Assembly: GCF_009914755.1 (NCBI RefSeq)
Contig: NC_060925.1
Source of the DNA: the human T2T-CHM13v2.0 reference genome, Homo sapiens
DNA length: 64,000 nucleotides
Direction: 5' to 3' (one strand)
Shown here in pieces: positions 58,363 through 64,000 of the stretch. Position 1 is the stretch's first letter. Each line of letters begins with the position of its first letter. A program made the translations under genes and the position numbers. The notes beneath the pieces were generated by a model, which made no database searches, was not told where the DNA came from, and saw nothing but the letters and a program-made list of their open reading frames with translations.

Positions 58363-60742
58363 GTAATACTGGATTTACCTTTAAAGCTTAAAAGTCTTAA
58401 CCAGTTTAATTTCTTCTCCCTCCCACCTCTACACAGATGTGTAATTCCCTTTTGAGTACAGAAGTTTACATTGTATGTGATTTCAGCATGAAACTCTCAA
58501 GGTATTGTTACTGAAATATGCCTTCAGTTGAAAAATCAGAATTATATTGTTGTTTGCTAAAAAAAATAATTTGAAGAACTACTTCTTCGTTGAAGCTTGT
58601 CAATTCTGCCAAGGCAGCATGATACGAGTCCAGAGAGCTGTTGTTTTTACACAGTAATGAGTGTGAAAGTGGTAAAGGCAACTCGATTAGGGCATTAAGC
58701 CAGATGGCATGTATGTGTGCATCTGGGACTTACTATGTATAGAAGTGAGAAGGAAATGAACATCTATTGTGTATACTGGTTTCCAGGCCGTTCATCAGTG
58801 CCATATGGCCTAGGAGGAGCCTGAGAAGTGGGTTTCTGGGTCCTCCCAAGCTTTCACTGGCACAGCTTCGCTTACATCTATTTGCTGTTTTGGGGTTTTG
58901 TACAAACATTCATTTAAGGAAAATGTTTTGCTGCTTTAAAAAGGTGGGGATGGAAAACTACTGATCTAGTATAATGGCAGTGGCCCAAATTTGGAGAGGT
59001 TGCTGAAAAGTGGCTTTAATCTGAGTTATGAGAGCAGATCTGCTTTTGGCTTTAGACTTTACTGGCCTGAAAGCTGAGGGTCACACTGACAGCTGGCTCT
59101 GGTCTGGGGCTGCCCTGGCAAGATTCTGGGCTAATTGGGTCATGTTTGGATCTTAGCTTCCCCTCTCACCAGCTTTGTGAACATGGGCAAATTAACCTCT
59201 TCAAAATGTGGATTCCTTTTCTGTAAAATGGAGACAATAACAACACCTACCTCTCTAGGTTGTTAGGAAGATTAAAGAAACTAAAAGTCAGTGAAGTGTT
59301 TCCCTGACTTCCTGACACATAGAAAGGAATCAGTTAGGAATTAGAATGGTTTTGATCTTACAGTTTGCTGTTTATTTATTCATCATCCATCAAATTTGCA
59401 TTGAATGCTCACTGCAGTCAGACCCTCACTGGTGCTGGTGATGCATGTGATGAGCAAGACCAGAGAAGTCATTGCCCACATGGAGGTTACCTGTGGGGGA
59501 GGCAAACAACAAACATGAAACAAAACGAGACGTCTGTCAGAAGCTGTGAAGAAACCAAGTGGAGTGAGGACAGAGTGACTGGGGAAAGCCACTTTGGGCA
59601 GGTGGTCGGGGAGTCTCCCAAGAGAGGCCATTTGAGCTGAGAGGCCAGTCACAGCGAGAGTGGAATGAGAAGTGCGGAGGCGCAGGGCTACGAAGGCGTG
59701 GTTGGTCCGGGAATGGAGGGGAGGCCGGCATAGCTAAGGCAGAGTGACTGAGGGAGATGGTCAGAGAGCGGGGGTGGTAGCCACAGCCAGGTTCTACCCA
59801 GTCGCTGGGCCGCAGCAAGAAGCTAGGAGTGTACTCGGAGGAGTGGGAAGCCACCGAAAAGTTGAAGTGTGGGAGTGATGAATTCTGACTTGAATTTTAA
59901 AAGATCACTTTGACGCCATGTGTGGAGTAGATAATGAATATTCTTCTGCGTGAGGCAAATGAATATCCTTGTGCATGAGGCATTGCTGTAACTGGAGTAA
60001 CCTGGAGTTAAACAGTAATCTTCACCTTTTAGGAACTTGCCATCTGTGCCCAACAACTATGATTTTTGAAGTGTTGAGCAATTGCTGGCATTCTTTGAGC
60101 ATTGACATGGCAGGCACTTTACCGAGCATTTTACAGGTGCTGTCTCACAAAATTTCCACAGCTTAACAGGTGGGGAAAACAAGCTTAAAATGGTTCTATA
60201 ATTGGCCCAAAGATCCACAGCTAACGAGTCATGAGACTAAGGTTTGAATCCAGACATTCTGACCCCGGGTGCTGTGCTTCTAACCACTCTGCTGTGCTGT
60301 GCTGGCTCACTGCAGTGGATTGTCTACCCTTTGGTAAACTGGAAACATATGGAACAGGGTCCCAGAAGTCTCTTGTTCCTGGAAGTGCACTGAAGTGTAA
60401 TGTGCCTACCTTCAGCTGTGAGCAATAGGGTTGGCTATACTGGTGTGTGGCCAAAAGGGTAGACTCTGCACAGGGGCACGTGCGCCTGTGTGGCTCAGGA
60501 CACTGCTGTCAGCCTTGCTCTGTTGCAGGGCTTCCAGCAACAACTTAGACATCTGGCTGCAGGAAGTGTGAGCTCAGAGATTTGTTGAGGCCAGTTAAAG
60601 GGGGCCTCAAAAGTATTTTTATGACCCTATTGCTACTCTCTCCAGGCAAAGAGTGCTGCAGTTTGTTTTCACAGTAAGTGCATTTGTCTCAATCAATGTA
60701 GATGGACAAGCGTAAGTTCCCTGTTTGTTTTCTTTTTCCCAG

Positions 60743-60843
60743 TTGTCCCTCATATCACAGATGCAATCCAGGAGTGGGTGATGAGACAGGCGTTAATACC
60801 TGTAGATGAAGATGGCCTGGAACCTCAAGTGTGTGTTATTGAG
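60743..60843 (+). CDS. CTPS1: CTP synthase 1, exon 4
   Basis: (V)[33 protein letters not shown]; polypyrimidine tract plus ag at 60741-60742, donor |gtttgt; 101 nt restores phase 0. Confidence 0.97.
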
Positions 60844-61963
60844 GTTTGTATGATTCCTGCACATGTGAACAAGTGTACTCATCTCCTTAGTCAGCCATCA
60901 ATAACTGATAAGACAGTTCCCAGTGGAGCCCTTGGCCTTCCTATCTCTGGTGCAGTATGTTGCAATGTGGCAGGTAAGGGCACAGTAACAGTCATGTGGA
61001 ATGGCCACGCAAGGGAAAACCGTAGTTTGCCCAGTGTTCCTTTTTTGTAGCATTTATGGTACAATCACTTAGTACTGATTGTCCCCATGAGTAGTGTGAC
61101 ACATTTTCATCTGTCTCTTGAGCAAGTCAGCAGATCTTTTGCTTTCGTCTGGCAAGAGCATTCGTCTCCGAATGAGCTTCATTTGGTTTCAGTATCTGTA
61201 CTCCTGCTGTGCTGATCCTAGCTGTTGGATCTCAGTGTTCCTCAGATAACAGGAGACTCAAAAGTTCCAGCAGTTTGTTTATAACTAATACTTTTTTTTT
61301 GAGACAGGGTCTCACTCTGTCACCCAGGCTGGAGTCCAGTGCAGCAGTCATGGCTCACTGCAACCTTGACCTCCTGGGCTCAAGCAGTTCTCCTACCTTA
61401 GCCTCCCAAGTAGCTGGGACTACAGTGCGCACCACCATGCCCGGCTAGTTTTTGTACTTTTTTGGGAGAGGCAGGGTTTCGTCATTTTGCCCAGGATGGT
61501 CTCTAACTCCTGAACTCAAGCCATCTGCCTGCCTTGGCCTCCCAAAGTGTTAGGATTACAGATGTGAGCCACCGTGCCCAGCCAACTGATGCTTTTTCAG
61601 TACAAAAATTATTTATGGTTAACTAAGGAGATAAGATTTAGGTTTTTCTTTTTTTTTTTTTTTTACTTTGTCACTGTGATAGAGATAACATTCCTGGCAC
61701 CTCTCTCATCTGACCTTTTTCTTGAAATGATGTGGAAAGTTCCATAATAACCTTTGGGAAGGATGAGCCTGTCCAAAAGAATAACCTTTTAGTACAAAGA
61801 GTTGTCTAATTCCTGTTAACTGTTAACTAACATTATACAGGGTTAGAGAGTCCGTGTTACATAATTACTGATACTGAATCAGGAAGACAGAACAGTTGTT
61901 AGAAAACTAAACTGCCAGAGAAGGGTTTAGTGCCTAACCTCTGAAACAACTTTGTTCTTCTAG

Positions 61964-62080
61964 CTTGGTGGAACCGTGGGGGACATAGAAAGCATGCCCT
62001 TTATTGAGGCCTTCCGTCAGTTCCAATTCAAGGTCAAAAGAGAGAACTTTTGTAACATCCACGTCAGTCTAGTTCCCCAG
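61964..62080 (+). CDS. CTPS1: CTP synthase 1, exon 5
   Basis: [39 protein letters not shown], completing the conserved [11 protein letters not shown] motif; acceptor ttcttctag|, donor |gtaagt; 117 nt. Too short to appear in the ORF track. Confidence 0.97.
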
Positions 62081-62899
62081 GTAAGTAAGACATTGAAAGT
62101 TTTACTTTGGGGGAGATGGAGAGGAGGGAGGAAAGGTAAACCGGAATGATTTTCACTCATTGTCTAGTAGTTTTCACTTGAGGTGCAGGAAGCAGAGAAT
62201 AAAGAACTTTGTAAGTTTAAATTTGTTACAATCATACTTTTTTGAAAAGATCAAATAGAAAACATTTGAAAAATCAGGGCAGTTGCATTTGCAGATGTAG
62301 ATTGGCCGTGTGCATTTGTCTTTACTATATGGTGGAACTAGAGTAAAGAGGCTGTTTTTAAAGACAAATCTTGTGGAGAGGAGTCAATAGTAACAAAAAT
62401 TGGGAAGCCGGAAAGCAGATGGATGCATAGAACCGACTAAGCTGACCTTGAGTGCCGGATCTTAAGCCCGCAGCAGTGAAAGCAGAGAAGCAGCCCTGTT
62501 TGCCCTGCAGAACCCCAAAAGCTCAGGAGTGGGATGAGGGTGGGCCTCATGTAACTACTGCTTCAGAAGACTCAGACCCTGACATCTTTTTCCTACAGTG
62601 CACAGTTGGGCGTTAGCCTCCTCCCACCTTGGCAGAAGACTGGAGGCTTGTTCTCTGGGGAGGGTTCCTGGATGAGCAGACAGTAGGGACAGTTGAGGGC
62701 AGTAACACTGGACTACAAACATGGGGTTATGTGTAATGTTAACGCTGTTGACAGTCCTTGCCTTCTTCCACCATTTGGTTCCCAGAATCATCATGTTTAG
62801 GCTTGGCCATTCCACGTAGGAGGTTGTAAGATTGTCTTCTGGGGTATGGATAGCCCAGGATAAAAGACACTGGCTCTGGCGGCTCCCCATGAAATAAGC

Positions 62900-63860
62900 C
62901 AGCCAGATTTTCACCATGACAAGCCTACACACTCACACATAACTTATAGGTAGCATTTAAGCAGGCCTCCATACACTTGGAGAAAGCATCTGATAGGTAA
63001 GAGACCAAACAACAGAAAGAAAGAAACTTACAGGGAACTGAGGCGCTACAAGCAGAGGAAACTTTAAAAAAACACCAAAAAACCAAAAATGACCTGTCAT
63101 TACTATTCTTAGAAAATTAGAAGGAGATAAGCTATATCCGTTAGGTAAGAACTGGATGCTATAAGAAAGAAACATTGAGAGAACAGAAAAGAATCCTTGG
63201 AAATTAAAAATTAGATAGCAGAAATGAAAAAGTTAAGAGAAAGTAAGTTGAGGAAATACCCAAGGAAGTACAGCAAAAAGACCAAGAGATAGAAAATAGA
63301 AGAGAAAAGGTAAAATTAGAGGACTGGCTCAGAAGTTCTAATGTCCAAATAATAGGAGTTCCAAAAAATAAGAACACAGAAATGGAGGTATAATCTGAAC
63401 CCCAGGGGTCAGCAAATGATGGCCTATGGGCCACATGAACCTACCCCCCCGTATTTGGAAATCAAGTTTATGGAAATACAGCTGTGTCTGCTTGTTTATG
63501 TGCTGTCTGTGGCTGCTTTTGCTCTAGAACAGTAGAGTTGAATACTTGTGGCAGAGACTGTGTGGCCCACAAAACCTAAAATACTTACTATCAGGGCCTT
63601 TACAGAAAAAATTTTCTGACCCCTTATCTGAACAATTCAAGGAAATTTCTAGACATCAGTTTCTGGGTTGAAAGGGCCCCCTTGGTGCCTATCATATTGG
63701 ATGACAGATGACCTACACCAAGGCATATTATTGTGAAGGTTCAGACTAATGGGGCAGAAGTTCTAAAAGGCTCTGAAGAGAAAAATCAAGAATCATTGTG
63801 CCACTGGACCCCTTAGCAACAATACTGGAAGCTAAAAGACATTGATGCTATTTCATTAAA
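62900..63860 (+). mobile_element. Ancient L1M/HAL1-type ORF1 relic in CTPS1 intron 5
   Basis: A-rich, coiled-coil-like decayed ORF1 sequence (gaaattaaaaattagatagcagaaatg...aataataggagttcca), interrupted by the MER58 element. Confidence 0.55.
63403..63625. mobile_element. MER58A-like MITE
   Basis: caggggtcagcaaa...tggcccacaaaacctaaaatacttactatc...tttacagaaaaaattttctgacccct, with inverted ends. Confidence 0.8.
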
Positions 63861-64000
63861 AATTCTAGTGGAGGCTGAGCATGGTGGCTCACACCTGTTA
63901 TCTCAGCAGTTTGGGAGGCAGAGGTGGGAGGACTGCTTGAGCCTATGAGTTTGAGACCAGCCTGGGCAATGTGACAAGAGCCTGTCTCGATTTAAAAAAA

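Overview
Human (primate) genomic DNA, not microbial. About 52 kb of repeat-dense intergenic sequence (roughly 70 Alu/FLAM copies by eye, plus L1, L2, MIR, LTR and hAT relics) precedes a CpG-island promoter and the first five exons of CTPS1 (CTP synthase 1, + strand). These are a non-coding exon 1 ending at 53202 and coding exons 56663-56828, 58192-58362, 60743-60843 and 61964-62080, giving residues 1-185; the gene continues past the window. The upstream region holds two minus-strand processed pseudogenes (a full-length PPP2CA retrocopy split by four Alu-family insertions, and a UBE2V1 retrocopy) and a solo LTR7-family (HERV-H) LTR inside an Alu. Almost all other ORFs in the track are Alu or GC-richness artefacts. 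I found no convincing new multi-gene system. The most unusual items are: a 171-bp locally templated insertion inside an AluY; a possible translational control layer in the CTPS1 leader (uORF, in-frame open leader, candidate cassette exon); a UBE2V1 retrocopy whose internal gap ends near an exon boundary; re-use of identical retrotransposon target sites; and recurrent hairpin-perfecting mutations in Alus. Repeat family names come from recall of consensus sequences, not from a RepeatMasker run, and repeat boundaries are approximate.
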